Below, piece by piece: positions 39,861 through 53,843 of a stretch of 64,000 nucleotides of DNA. Position 1 is the first letter of the stretch. Each line of letters begins with the position of its first letter. Source of the stretch: Auanema rhodensis (Eukaryota; Animalia; Nematoda). The stretch is from positions 9,300,001-9,364,000 of the forward strand of contig OZ059896.1 of the NCBI GenBank assembly GCA_964057225.1, given 5' to 3'. A program made the translations under genes and the position numbers. The notes beneath the pieces were generated by a model, which worked only from the letters and a program-made list of their open reading frames with translations, was not told the origin of the DNA and searched no databases.

Positions 39861-41214
39861 ATAGCATACATATAGTATAAACAATTAAGTTCAAAGTTCA
39901 AATATAATATATAAAATAATTTTTTTTGTTACAGAAAGGATGATTAAATAAAGCAGAATATTATGTTTGTTCTATACTGTGAGACTGAAAAGAACAAAAA
40001 CTTTCTCAATGAAAAATTTGAATGTCCCAGCTAATTAATCTTTCCAGACTAACAATGTGAATAATCTAGAATTTCAGATCGTTCGTAATATTTTATTTCC
40101 CATCCATTTGCATAAAAGAAAAAAAAATTGTTTTGCAAGAAAGCATCTATTAGGAATTACAAGAAAATATATTGAAAACTGTTGAAAATTCCAAGAATTG
40201 CATTGAGTCTGAACAAAATGCAGCTGATTGTACTAATAATAAAGTGAATAATTAAATGAAAAATATGGAAAAACGAAGGAAATAATGAGATAAATAAATC
40301 CAAAAGTAATTGTATTGCATTTATATATAACATAAAACACATTAATAAATAATTATATGTATAATAAAATGAACTAAAGTAGCCTCAAAAATAAGAAAAG
40401 GTGAAAAAAAAAAGATTGTTTTCGTTTTCAACTATAGAATATTGAATAGAAGTAAATATTACTTATTCAAGTAAATTATATATTTTAAAAAGAAATTATA
40501 TTATTCTATACCATATAGTATATACATATAACCATACATACATGTAATATAATGAAAATTTGTAGAAAAAAAAACAAAAAAAAACATATCTTCTGTGAGA
40601 AAATGGAGTGAGAAACGGAGAGAAAGAATGAGAAGTAGGGAAGAACAATAATTTTTAAAATTTTGTTTTAAGAGAACAATACTTTTGAATAATCCATGAA
40701 GATATTTGAGCTGTGAATATGAAATATGATTAGTAATTGATGTTTTTCAATCTTAATTTGTTACGAAAAAACACGTATGACTATAGCAATAATGAGAATT
40801 AAAATAATTTATTACTTCTTAGTTATAATTAATATAGTTAAGTATTATAATTAATAATATATATTTTATTTAAAATAGAATGAAATATTATTTATATTAT
40901 TTCATATTACTTGCTAAAGAAACACCTGTTCTAACAGGAATGAACTTGATTATCTCATTATGAAAGCAGAAGTAAAAGTGTTTTGGAGTGCAAAAAAATA
41001 ATTTCTTGTTAATTTGATGTGTTTCAAATTCGCAATAATATCATTTCTCTTGTAACGAAATTAGAAAAGAAAAGTTTTTTTTTCATAAAATAAACGATAA
41101 TCTTACTCTTTAAATCTCTATCCTACTCTTGATGAAGCACAGGAAGAAGAAGAAGAAGAAGAGGAAAGGGTGAGTTAAGAGGAAAAGATGAGACGAATGA
41201 GTTAGAACAAGTAC

Positions 41215-41285
41215 CTCACAACGTCATTGTAGGAACACAGCAAAAGGTCTTTGCAATGAATTAATAAGCACTGCGAAATTGACAT
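41215..41285 (-). other. Candidate first coding exon of the Q-rich gene
   Basis: ATG at 41285 gives MSISQCLLIHCKDLLLCSYNDVV plus AG|GTACTT, a phase-2 donor in frame with the phase-2 acceptor at 22644. Confidence 0.4.
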
Positions 41286-43423
41286 TAGAGAAAAATATTC
41301 ATGAAAAACTAATTTTACGAGTAGAAATAAGCTCAACAATTCAGCTCACGTCAGTATTGTTCAGTTGCAGTCAAGCTGGCTTTTCTTGATCATGTACACA
41401 TACATCTACATACATAGGTGTCATCACAACATATCTGAAGACATGTGTAAAAGTTTCCAATGAGAAGATGAACTGAGAAAAGAAGAAGAAGAAGGAGTAG
41501 AAGAAGGAGAAGTAGAAGAAGTTGTATCATCGTCATCATCATACATATATGCATATATTATGGATATATACATACATAATATTATATATATTTATATATA
41601 TACATATAAATATATAAATATATAAGTATTTAAAAAGTATAGAGATAATAGTAATAAATTAAATGGAATATATAACTGAAAAATTCCCAGAATCATATAT
41701 GATTAATGTATTCTTCATGATTGAATACCTTCAAATAATTATTAATTAGTAATATTATGAATAAATATTTTGCATGATATTGTAGTATAATAGACGTGAG
41801 ATGGCTATTATGCTCTTGATCTATGACATTCAATACTGCAAAGTTGACAACGAAGGTGAATAAAGCACATTAGCGATATATAGCAGTTGAAGTTAAAAAG
41901 AGACGATGAATAGACAACGTGACGAAATTCTTGTGTCAATGCAAAAAGACAATTGTTTCATATTAGATGAAGCTTCTGCTTCTATCTAGCTGAAGAATAG
42001 TTAACACATTCAAATTGTATTAATTCCCACATCTTTAGAATATATGATAGGAAACAGTTTAATAATTAAATAGTTAAAATTAATGTTATACAAGTGATTT
42101 TATAAAATAATTAAAATATAAATAAAATACATAAATTATTATATAAATATTGTTTAAATTTAATTTTTCTTCTTTTAATATTAATATAATTATAATTTTT
42201 GATTTTCATAAATATATTATGTAATATTAATGTAAGTACAAATTGACTATTTCGGTAATATTGTGTATTATTTTAGAAATAATTTTACCTATATCTGATC
42301 CATATTCAAAAATATAAAATAATTTCAGTTTATATTGAAAAGAAATCAAAATTTTGCATTTTCTTTAGACTAGCTCAAGAGAATGTACAGTAAGTTCAAG
42401 CTGTAATCAATATGTCACTATAGTTTTGTGAATAAGTTATATTTCTTGGTTAATTTATTAAAAAATATATTTTTTTAAAGTAAAAAATGATTTTCAAAAG
42501 ATTTAATGATGCTTCACAAGTAATTTTTTCTATGTATTTGCTCACATTTCATATTTCAAAGAAAGAAACCATAGACATCACGTTCTTTGGAGGGAAAAAA
42601 TCCTACGACAACTGCTTCAACATTTAAATCGGCGGATATCCGAAGCTTAAGAATACGATAAATCGAGAATTAATTCAATACTTTCTGAAATACTATCATA
42701 GTTAACATTCGTTGAGAGATGATACAGGAAACAAAAAAAAATAATAAAATGACATATAAGAAATATTTATATAAAGTTTAATCTTTATTGTACTTTTAAA
42801 ATTGTCTATCAATAGAATGCTTCATATTCATGTATTATCGTCATGAAAATGTCCTTGAAAAGCACCTAAGTTTTTAACAATCTCAACATAAGTATTCGTG
42901 ACGATCTCTAATTTAATTTTTTCAAAATACACATATTAAATTTGAAAAAAATTATAAATTTATAGTAATATGAATAAACTATTAATATTATATTATAACA
43001 ATATTATATTGAATTTACAAAAATAGTTTTTTTTTTAAAGAAAAAATAGATTTGAATTTCACATCTTGGTATCTTTCGAGATGTGATTATTTCTTTTTGT
43101 ACGTTGTGAATATTATCACTTGTGATCTCCCACAGTGATTCTCTTGAAATATCCGCTTCTGGCTTATTCATCAATAGCAAATATCACTGTAAGCTTAAGC
43201 ATAAGCATATGTATATTATCAGAAATCAAATTCTTCACTTTTTCTCCTTTAAGAGCAGAATGTTTTTTTTTTTAAAGAAAATGAATATCACAAATCTATA
43301 TGCCGTACGTACCGTTCGAGAACAACGAAATCAATAAACTTATAAGAATACTGAAATACCAGATAGATTACTCAAGGACAAACTTAACTTTTAGAAAAAT
43401 ATTCATTCAAACTTAATACAACA

Positions 43424-44140
43424 ATGATCTTAAAATTACTTTTTTTCCAATTATTTTTATTATTTTGTTCATGTTATACATATAAAATAAATTGTGTTTC
43501 TGATATAAATAAGGTAAGAAGGTATCATTTGATGTCATTTCACATCATGCTTTACATTAGGCTATGGAAAAGCTTTATACATCTTCTGTACCAAGAGAAG
43601 AACGTTTCAATTTTCTTGTTCGTTATATAAAATTGGTAATAATTTTATTTTTTATTTTTATTTATATCAATATAATAAAAATATTATTAAGGATCGTTCT
43701 ACAGCATATGTGATGGAATCTGTAATCGAAAAGCTAAATGAAGCTTTAAGAAATGAAACTCAAATAGTAAATAAATAAATTTTCTTTTTAAATTATAGAA
43801 ATAATCATTTAAGGTAAAGGAGTTAGCTACAAAGACAAATTTACTCATTTTCGTTCAAAATTCCTGTTGGGAAACAACCTTACAATCCGATATTGTATGT
43901 TTTAAAATTTATATAATTCGATGTAATACAATTAAAATAATTCAGAAAAGACTCACCAAATATGGTAATGCATCTTTAGCTGAAGCCGAAAGATTAAAAG
44001 ATCTTAATCAGCTTGTTGAGGTATGTATATTCTTTCTATATGTTTTTCCTCTTGAAAATGATCTGAATTTTTTATTCCTTCACATGAAATATATTTTTTT
44101 ATTTCAGAACAATATTGTGGCAATGACCGCAAGCAAATAA
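43424..44140 (+). CDS. Small secreted helical protein of unknown function, 6 exons
   Basis: Signal peptide MILKLLFFQLFLLFCSC; phase-0 GT-AG introns join AMEKLYTSSVPREERF.../DRSTAYVMESVIEKL.../VKELATK.../KRLTKYG.../NNIVAMTASK*. Confidence 0.7.
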
Positions 44141-44271
44141 ATGATTATGTTCAATTTTACAAGATATTATGACATTACAAATGAAAATTATTCGAAAATT
44201 AAATAAAATCTATATATAATGAACATAAAGATACATAGTATATAATATATAAATGAAAGTTTTGAATGAAT

Positions 44272-45584
44272 CTATGCCAACATGCCAGATCGATCATTAG
44301 AACTTGTTGATTCTGATAAGCTATATCCTGAATCTCGACTTTTACCTGATTGAGAACAAACTGACTAGAAAATAAATTATTTTATTTTATTCTAATAATT
44401 TGAAAAACTTACTTTACTTGTTGATCGTACAGATATATTTAGAATATCTTTTAAACCAAAATCATCATCTTCATCAGATAAAATATCATTTAAATGGGAT
44501 ACATCATCAACTGAAGCACAAGTGCTTTCTTCTGGAAATCCTTAAAATAGAAATATTATTATTATATTTCATATATTATACAACAAACATTACCTTTAGG
44601 TAATGAGGATCTTCGATCATTTATAGATTTTTTATGTTTTACTACTGACATACTAGCTCTTCGTTGTTTAATTGGAGGAATACATTCAACTTTAATACAA
44701 TCATGAGATGTTTCAAGTGAATTATTAATTATGTCTTTCTGAATGTCCAAAGAAGAATTAAAAGTTTCAGCAGAGTTCAGATTGAAAACAGTTGTTTCAA
44801 CTGGAGATGGGCTTGCGCTAGCCAAACTATGATCTCCAATCTTATCTCGATATAGCTCTAAAGTAAAATAAACTATAATTTATATAATGAAACTTAGATG
44901 TTCACCTTCTAAGTGAGTAACACGTTGTCTGTATTCTTCATTTTCTCTTTCTAAATCTGATATTTTCAAATCTTTCATAATTTCAGTAGCCATTAAAGAG
45001 TCTGAAGCATCTTTGAGTTGTTTATTTTCAAATTTCTAAACATATATTGATTGTATTTCCAATATTTCTAATAAAATATGTACCAAATTATCAATTAAAA
45101 TGTTTTGTGAAATAGGTTTTTGTATTTCAAGATTATCTTCTGTGTTAAATGGCGTCTGGAATGAAAATATATTCTGATGTTCATATACATTTTGTAATAA
45201 ACATAAGAACATTAACATACTTCTTGTACTTTCAAAGCTGAACTTGGCTTCTGTTGTTTTACCCAGGCCAGTTCAGTAGATAAATCATGATTACGTAATT
45301 CAATCGTTCGTAACTATATATAGAAATACTATATATTATTATTATAATATAGAATAATATAAAAACCTGTCTTTCTAATATTTTAATTTTAACTTCACTG
45401 TCTCTTGCATTTGATTCAGCTTTTATTGCTCTTTTTATTAAGCTTACTTTATCTTTACGTATTTGAGCTGGAGGTGGACGAGCTGGACCCTGGAACAAAA
45501 GAAATATTTAACAAAATGTTTAAATAATCTCAAAGAATACTTTAGAAAATATGTTACCAATAACTGGAATACTATTACGTCCAT
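44272..45584 (-). CDS. Uncharacterised coiled-coil protein with a Ser/acidic tail
   Basis: MDVIVFQLL/GPARPPPAQIRKDKVSLIKRAIKAESNARDSEVKIKILERQ/LRTIELRNHDLSTEL.../...KISDLERENEEYRQRVTHLE/...RRAS...RRSSLP.../...SRDSGYS...MLA*; heptad-like pattern; start codon uncertain. Confidence 0.7.
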
Positions 45585-48081
45585 GCCTTTTGTTACTCTC
45601 AAACCTGCAACATTTAACTAACATAATTTACTTCTTTTTCTCTTTTCAAATGTGTTTGAACGAAATTGCACAACAATTTCCTGTATATAACCATTATTCT
45701 CAAACATTTTTAGGTTTTTTAACAATATTTGAAGTATTTAAAATATGTTGAATTTAAAATTTTAAAAACACGAGGTTAAGACAACTTGAATATAAAATAT
45801 TTTACAATTTTCATATTCTCATATTTTCAAAAGTTAGTATCTTTAATATTCACAAAAACATACCAATCTGGACTATTTAAGTCATTAGTAATATTCTTAA
45901 CGTGACATCGAGTACTTGCTGCAGTTCCCATGTAGGGGAAGAGCTTGAAATAATAATTTTGAATACAATAATATTAAAATTAATAAAATTATGTAAAGAG
46001 CAAGCTGAAGTTTATAGGAAAACATATAAGAAGTGAACGAAGTGATGAATTTTCAAGTTTTATTCCAAAAAACTTATCAAATAGTTTATAGAATAAAGTT
46101 GTAAATACTGAAATCAAATCTTAATCCTTTATAGTGAATGAATCGTTTTTCAACCGTATACTTGAATAATTATCGAACAATATGAGAAAAGAAAACGATT
46201 GTGAATAGGACGTTAAACATATATCTTTTTCAAAATTATCGTCTGTTCCTCTGTAGCGGTGGCTGAATCATTTCATCCGTTCTCATGGTTTTTGACATTT
46301 TTCGCTCTCCTTCTTTAACAACTTTCATATATACACATACATATGTCTCTTGCTATTTTCAACTCTTGTCTATCTCCCTATTTCAATATCTATCCATAGT
46401 TTTTCTCGTTCTCTAGAATTTCTTCGAGCTCTTACATGTCTATATGCATGTATGTATAAGAAATGAGTTTTAAGCGTTACCAGGACTACGAAAAAAATGT
46501 TTTTTTTTTCTTGAAGAAACAATAAAAAACAAATATATTTCTTCATAGAAATTGAACAAAGTAATTGTTGTTCATATTACTTTGTGTTAATGATATTTAC
46601 ACATACATATGTATATTGTTTATTAATATAATAAATTTCTATGTGAAATGAGGATGAAATGAATGTGAAATCAAGAAATATTTTAATAAAAAAAATTTAA
46701 AAACATTCAAACCGAGTAAACCAAATTAAGATGTTTGATGTTTTTTGAATTTGATACATATAAGATATTCAAATGTCTAATAATATGTTTGTTTTTAATT
46801 GAAATTGCTTAGGATTTTAAACATTTTTTGATTAATGTACATGATAAACTTTTAAAAATTCTACTTTAAAAGCATTAAAAAAAAGAAAAAAAAAGATTAA
46901 AATCACTAAAGGTACAAATAAAAATTATTTATCTATATATATTTCATATAAAATAAGTAAAAAATTCTAAAATAACCTTTTTATCGATAAGAAATCATTC
47001 TAAATTGTCTTATATATCCATCATTATTTTTTGGAAATGCGAATAAATATATGTAAATTCATTCATAAATTATTCGTTATATATTATAATAGCAAAAAAA
47101 AATAATTTTGAGTAATATGACCAGATATAAATAGATTTTCTACTCAATTTGATATTTTAATACAATCTTTTCTCCATATTTATGTCTTATATAATATATA
47201 AAACAATACGTAATACACATAATGATAAATAGAAAATATATAAATGAATTAATTCATGTTATAAACTTTAATTTTAGTAAGTTCATTGAGTATGATTTCT
47301 AATTTTGCAGATATATCATATATATTTTATTAGAATAACGTCAAAACGAATCGTGCAGCTGATGACGATGTTCAGTTTTCTTTATCTTTTGAAGAATATA
47401 TAAATAATAATTATATTTATAAAACTGAACAATTATTTTACTTTTTTTGTTCAAATAAAAAAAAAGATTTATAGAAGATATAGGGAGCATTATACTTGAT
47501 ATGGATAAAATGATAAAACGGAAACAAACGGATATGTTTTAGATAAATCTGGCTGATAAGAAATCTTGATAGTTCTGAAGCCTATCTATGTATGCTCTAT
47601 CAACAAACACATTCAATAACATTTGAAAACAAAATAAGAATTCAGTCAAACATCAGCGAAATCTATGATTCTTTAAATATTCAAATAATTTAAAGAAATT
47701 AATAAAGATGATTGAAGAAGAGGAAAAAATGAAGAAAAAGGTAGATTTCAGTTAAATACAATACAAATATGTACCGCACAGACGTAAAACATATTTTTCA
47801 AATTAATCTTATAGCTTCAATCTAATTTTCAAAACTGATTTATTTCATTACATAATAAATAAAAAGACAAGTTGTAATGGTTTTTCAAGAGTAATTGTCA
47901 TTATTTCCAAAAAAAAGTGTAATCTAAGTTGAAAATAATGTTCTGGACATTTACACGTTTTCAAAAAAAAAGGAAAAGAAAAACTTATTCTATAAAAGCA
48001 TTAAAAATATAAAAAAAAATGAACCATTTCAATGAAAGCTAATGAAATAATAAATTATAATTCAGGTTATCAAAATGAAAA

Positions 48082-51000
48082 ATTAAGCTTTCAACAAATT
48101 AGCAATAGTTTCTCCCAAGCTTCGAGCATCATCTGATGTTTCGGCTTCAGCATAAACACGAACCAGACATTCTGTTCCCGATGGCCTAGACATAGTAGGA
48201 ATTATTAATAGGAAATATACGAATATTACCTGACAAATGATCGAGCATTTGTATATTTACTAACTAATTCATCAATTTTATCTTGTAATCCCGCAGGCTC
48301 CAAGAGAGTTGTTTCGTCCCATGTTGTTTTATAAATTGATCGATCAGCAACCTGAAGAATTATTTGAAATATTATTATAAAATAGCTGTTTGTCAAGCAT
48401 ACCGGAACTTTAATTTGAACATTAGGTAAATCCGAATATAGCTGCTTCTCCCAATCTTCTACAGACCACCCATAATGACGCAATATCATTTCAACAGCTA
48501 ATAAATCTGCCATAGCATCTCCAACAACTTCATTGATCAAGCGAGACATCAATGCTAGCCGTCTTACACCTTCATTGTCAGTTTTAGTTCTGAAAATATG
48601 AAATAAAAAGATTAAAACCAACAGAGACGACACGCTACTTTCGAATTAAACTATCGAATTTGGAACTGAAGACTACTGTTCCGTGACCATTAGCTTCAAA
48701 GTATATTCCAATATCAAACTTGACAGCAGCATGATGTAAATGCTTTACTCCAGTTGGTACAAATACAGGATTAATTCCCTTAAATAATAATAATAATAAT
48801 AGAATAAATTTTGATCTAAGATAAGATAAGATATACTAACCAAATGAGTTTTAATATATTGAGAAGAAGCACCATTGGCATAAGCTGTTTGAATAATTCC
48901 AAGAGATAATTCATCCTTTAGTTCAGCAATATCTAATTGCTACAAAGAAATATATACTAATAATAATTCTCATTTAACTTTAATGTACTTCTTTGATATA
49001 TTTAGCAATAAGAACAGCAATGCGATCTCCGTCTAATAGACTAACATCACCATTTTCATTTTTTCTTCTAAAATATTCAACAGAAGTATTAAAGAATCTC
49101 TAACAAACTACCTGAAGTATACAACTCTATCAGCATCACCATCAAACGAAGCACATTTGTCATCAGTAGTACATTCATCAAACTCATTTGGTAGTTTTTG
49201 TGAAATTTTAACAAAATCAGCTCCGCACTACATATACTTCGAATAAAAGTTAAAAAAAAGGATAATTTACATCATGGTTAAGTTCTCCTACAGTATTGGA
49301 ATATACTATATCTAATGAATTCTCAAGATATGTGACCAATTCTTTAAACTTTGGAGCTCCAATACCATTAGCACAATCAATGCGAAGTTTATTGACATTT
49401 CCCTGTAATGTATTTTCTGAATAAATAAATAAATAAATTGATAAAATACAGGAGTCAATGCAAGTAATTGATTGTATGCTCTTGAAATACATTTGTAATA
49501 TCCAATTTCTGTAGGTTCTCCAAATTCAGGATCATTTTTGCATCGAACGATGAAATGAAGTTGAGGAGTAGTTAAAAGTCCTTAAGTAAAACAAACAATA
49601 ATATTTGATTTGCTGTTATAGCATTCATTCAACTACCATGATTTTTGAAGGGAACATTGAACAATTCAGCTCCCGCTCTAGCTGCTTCAACCAAATGAGG
49701 ACTGCTAACGCGAGTATCCATTGCACAAACTACAGATGCATTCGAAGCTGAACGCAATGGAGCCATCTGAATAAGAAGTATTGCCCATCAGATATTAGGA
49801 GAAGCAATTGATTTCAAACCTGTACTTCAAGAGCACGAATAGTCGTAGGTAGTTGATCATCACTGGCATTTACTAATTCGGTAGCGATTTTCTGAAATGA
49901 TTAAAAAAATAAAATTACATATTCATTCAATTTTTTTTGAAAAAAAATATTGATTGAACAATTAAAACTAAACAAACTAATTCTTAAACATAATTCAAAA
50001 AGCTTAGCCATTTGATAAAACAATATGTGTCAACAAAAAAAAAAGATATTGCTGGCTTGCCACGATATATCTGTCTAAGTAGTGTGAAGTTGCCTTTTCA
50101 CAATTAAAATTATTTGGAAAATGCAAGTGGCAACAATCACTCTATTGATCTTCATCTCCATTTTAGGATCCATGAGTTTGATAATTCTTTAAATATTTAT
50201 CCGTAATTTTGCTTAATTTCCAGACGGTTCACGGATTAAACAAAATGATTACGAAAAAATTCCGCCACAACTTCGAAGTAAGTCATTGATGTTAGCAGAA
50301 ACATCTTACTGTTTGTACTATTTTCGAATTTGTACCAATGATTGCCTTCAATGCTTTTAACACGTTGAATGTCGAAAAACGTAAACAGGTAGCTGAGGCT
50401 GCGGAAGTTTTTAGGACCAACAAGGACAAAAATGAAGTAAAACGAAATAAAATATTTCCATTATGAAAATAATAATTTCCAAATTCAGTTATTACATGCT
50501 GCTATAAAAATTGATGGAAATTTCGCCAAACAAATCATAAATATACATCATCTGAGAAGCCTCTTCATGGGAGCAGAAAAAACTGAAGAACAAAAGGAAT
50601 ATGTCAAGAATGTAACCTATATTATTAATTTTTTCTTTAGTATCATAATAATATTAGTTAATCTTAATACTATAGGAAGCTGATGCTGCGTTCAACTTAG
50701 CAGTGTCCTATCTTAGCGGAGATAAGGAATATCAAAAACAAGCAGAAGAGGAAGCTAGTAAATACGTAAAATAATATTGAAATCCCTTTCCTAATAAACA
50801 CAACTTAATTAAATATAAGAATAATATTAATTTAAATAATTAATAAAAAAATAAATCAAACCTCCCAATCTACTGCCAACATTTCACCCATTGGGTCAAC
50901 TATCTTAGCTCCATTATCTTTTCCGGGATTATGTGAAGCAGTAATCATAATTCCAATACATTTATTCAATGTTCTATATTTTTATTTTATTAAAACAAAT

Positions 51001-51260
51001 TTTTAAAAATTAAAATTTCACCTCGCTCTTAAGCCTGCAACATATCCAATACGAAAAACTGCAAATGGGAGTAGATTAGCAACAGTGCGGAATCCAGCGG
51101 TTCCATAATCAAATCTTCAGAAATCGAAATCCTTTTTTTCAATTTTAATAATATCTTATTACCTCAAGTCATCTTTAATGGGATGAAGAGTTCCAGTGTG
51201 ATCCCTATTTCTAGATTTCAAATAATCGGTGGGAACTTCGATAGGAAGAAGATCAGCCAT
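48082..51260 (-). CDS. Phosphoacetylglucosamine mutase (PGM3/AGM1)
   Basis: YGTAGFR; catalytic loop MITASHNP; LTTPQLH; DCANGIG; metal loop FDGDADR; YFEANGHG; RPSGTE. Confidence 0.96.
50121..50774 (+). CDS. Secreted FAR-like (fatty-acid and retinol-binding) protein nested antisense in a PGM3 intron
   Basis: [63 protein letters not shown].../[16 protein letters not shown].../[13 protein letters not shown]...YVK*. Signal peptide plus an IP-x3-[KR]-x-[FL]-[VI]-P-type N-terminal motif like that of FARs. Intron 2 needs a non-AG acceptor. Confidence 0.6.
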
Positions 51261-52711
51261 ACCTGTAAATTACACAAAAATTAAAAAAACAACAACGAGA
51301 AATGAATTTAAAAAGATAAATTAATAGTTATAACATCAAATATTGAATTATTACAAAAGAAAATTAATTTATTGAAGAAATAATGACCAATTTCTCGGCC
51401 CACGTTGCTTTGTGAAAACGATGGTTGATAAGTACAGTTTTTCTTTCGAATGGTCATAAGCCTAAGTGGTTATCAGTGTATATACGCTCTGCGCTTATAA
51501 TATCCGACAACAAAATAGAAATTTAAATTAAATAAAAGATTTTTAATTATAAAAAAATAAAAAAAAAAAGATAAAAGAAATGAGAATCTTATTTAAGCAA
51601 ATAAGTTTGTGAAATTCAAACATTCACATTTTTCCAATCGAATAATCGATTTGTTCACGAAGCCAATAGAAAAAAAAGGTGATGCGACGATGTTTAATTG
51701 AGAAAAGAATGAAATAACCGAGTAACATCTATATATATATATATATAATATTATACAGATAGATGTATATTATTATAAATATATTTTTATAATTTTTTAT
51801 ATAAATTTCAAATTTTATATTATCAAACTACAAAAAGGAATCTAAATGATCAAAAAACAGTTTTTTTAGTTTTTTACTTTTTTTTCTTATAAGAGCGCCA
51901 ATAAAAAAGAATATAGTTTTAATATAAAAACACTATTGATTTAAAGTTTTTATATTGTATTGATTAGATATATTATATATTTGATTTAATATTATTATAT
52001 TGGGTAACATTAACTATATAATACATCTAATAAACATTTTTGGAAAAGATACAACCGTTTCTCCACAATAAAATATTAAAATGTTGTTTACGTGGAATTT
52101 TACGTGAAAGTTTACGTAAAATGAAGATGTTTAATCTATTTTTTTGTGTGATAATAATATATATTATAAGTTTTTATAATATAAAAATGGCAACAAACCA
52201 AATAAGGAGAATGTGTTGGATCGAAATCGCTCTGGCAATGACATCTTTTTGTGTGGATTAAATTCATCATCAGACATTTTTTGTCTCTTAAAATGCTGTG
52301 TCAGAACTGACTGTAAAACTGAATTCTCTATTTTCTATTTGAAACATTGAAAAGCAATATTTTTTTGTGGAAACGGTCGATTAGCGAATAGAAATTCTCA
52401 CCAAAATTATAAGATTTTAGTATAAAAAGCAAACAGATAATTGAATTAAGCTGTTCGTAATTGTTTTTCATATTCGAACTTGGAAAGATTTGACATTTTT
52501 TTTGCTGTAAAGTTGCTGGATGCTTGATAATTTGTCTTGTGATGACATTATGTATTTGTACTATGTTCACATATTATGTAAATTGATAATTTATTTTTTT
52601 TTATTTGGGAATTGTGTGCAGAAAAACAATTCAAAATGAACTAGTACATGAATGTGTTGTCAAGAAAGACATCTTGGATGAGTATCACTCATTGTCAATA
52701 GGTGTTATTGC

Positions 52712-53843
52712 TTAATATCCTGGGGCAGTTCTTGGTGGTGGACAGTGGTTGCATCCTCCGGTTTCTCCGGTTGGTCCAACTGGTCCTTGTTCACCGTCAG
52801 CTCCCTTGGCTCCTGGCTCTCCGTCTCTTCCATCATCTCCAGCTGGTCCTTGCTCTCCTGGGGTTCCTGGGAAAAAAAAGATGTTAGTTGAAAGTTTTAA
52901 AGTATTGTTTTATACCTGGGGTTCCGTCCTTTCCTGGCTCTCCATCTTGTCCTGGGGCTCCTACTGGTCCTTCAGCTCCTGGTGGTCCGTCTGGTCCTGG
53001 AACCTCGTTGACAACTCCTGGGGTTCCTGGTTCTCCGGCAGCTCCTGGCTGTCCGTCTTGTCCTGGTTGTCCAATTGGCCCTGGTTGTCCTGGTTGTCCT
53101 GCATTTCCGTCTGGTCCATTTTCTCCGGCAGCTCCGGCTAATCCATTCTCTCCCTTTGGCCCTGGTGGTCCTGGTGGTCCAGCTGGGGCATCTGGGCACT
53201 CGAAGCAGAATGCTGGCTCTTCTGGTGCTGGGAGATCGTCAGCGTGCTTTCCTGGCTCTCCAGGAGTTCCATCTTGTCCGTCATTTCCAGCATGTCCTGG
53301 TGGTCCTTGTGGTCCAACGTTTCCAACAGAGCATGAGCAGCATTGTCCGTTGTCAGGAATGTTGTCAGAGCTAGAGTGCTCAATAACAGCTAAAAGAAAA
53401 TATTCAAATAATTATTAGAAGCTGAATGCTCTTACGTGAGTCATATCCAGCTTGACGCTTGGTGACACGAACTCCCTTGTGCTTTTGCATCTTTTCGTAC
53501 AAAGTGAAAAGACCATCAGTACGATGCTTACAATATGTTATCTAAATAATTAATATTCAATTTATGAAATTTCTGCTGAATAATCTATACGTCAGTTTGT
53601 ACGGAGCTCTGAACATGTTGAACATAACTGTAAAGAGCTGGGACAACAACAACAATAGTCAAAGCAGCAACAGTACTGTAATATAATTATATGAAATAAA
53701 AATAATTAAAAAAATATAAAATATATTTCACTAAACTAATAGTAAAATACAATTTAAAATGAAAATTACCTGATGGTAACACCAGTAAAGGCGATTTTTC
53801 TAAGGCTGTTAGCTTGCTGAATAAGTTGCTTTTCAGACTCCAT
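52712..53843 (-). CDS. Nematode cuticle collagen
   Basis: N-terminal TM domain ([31 protein letters not shown]), KRQAGY cleavage site, CCSC, Gly-X-Y blocks and C-terminal [13 protein letters not shown]. Confidence 0.97.

Noticed and set aside
23090-42031. Scattered RTGGGAA (LAG-1/CSL) sites
   Set aside because: About five in ~20 kb, unclustered and close to rough chance expectation.
20718-43337. Many 60-130 aa I/Y/F/L-rich ORFs in the desert
   Set aside because: Compositional artefacts of AT-rich DNA and microsatellites.
52702-53418. Plus-strand Gly/Pro-rich ORFs
   Set aside because: Antisense shadows of the minus-strand collagen.
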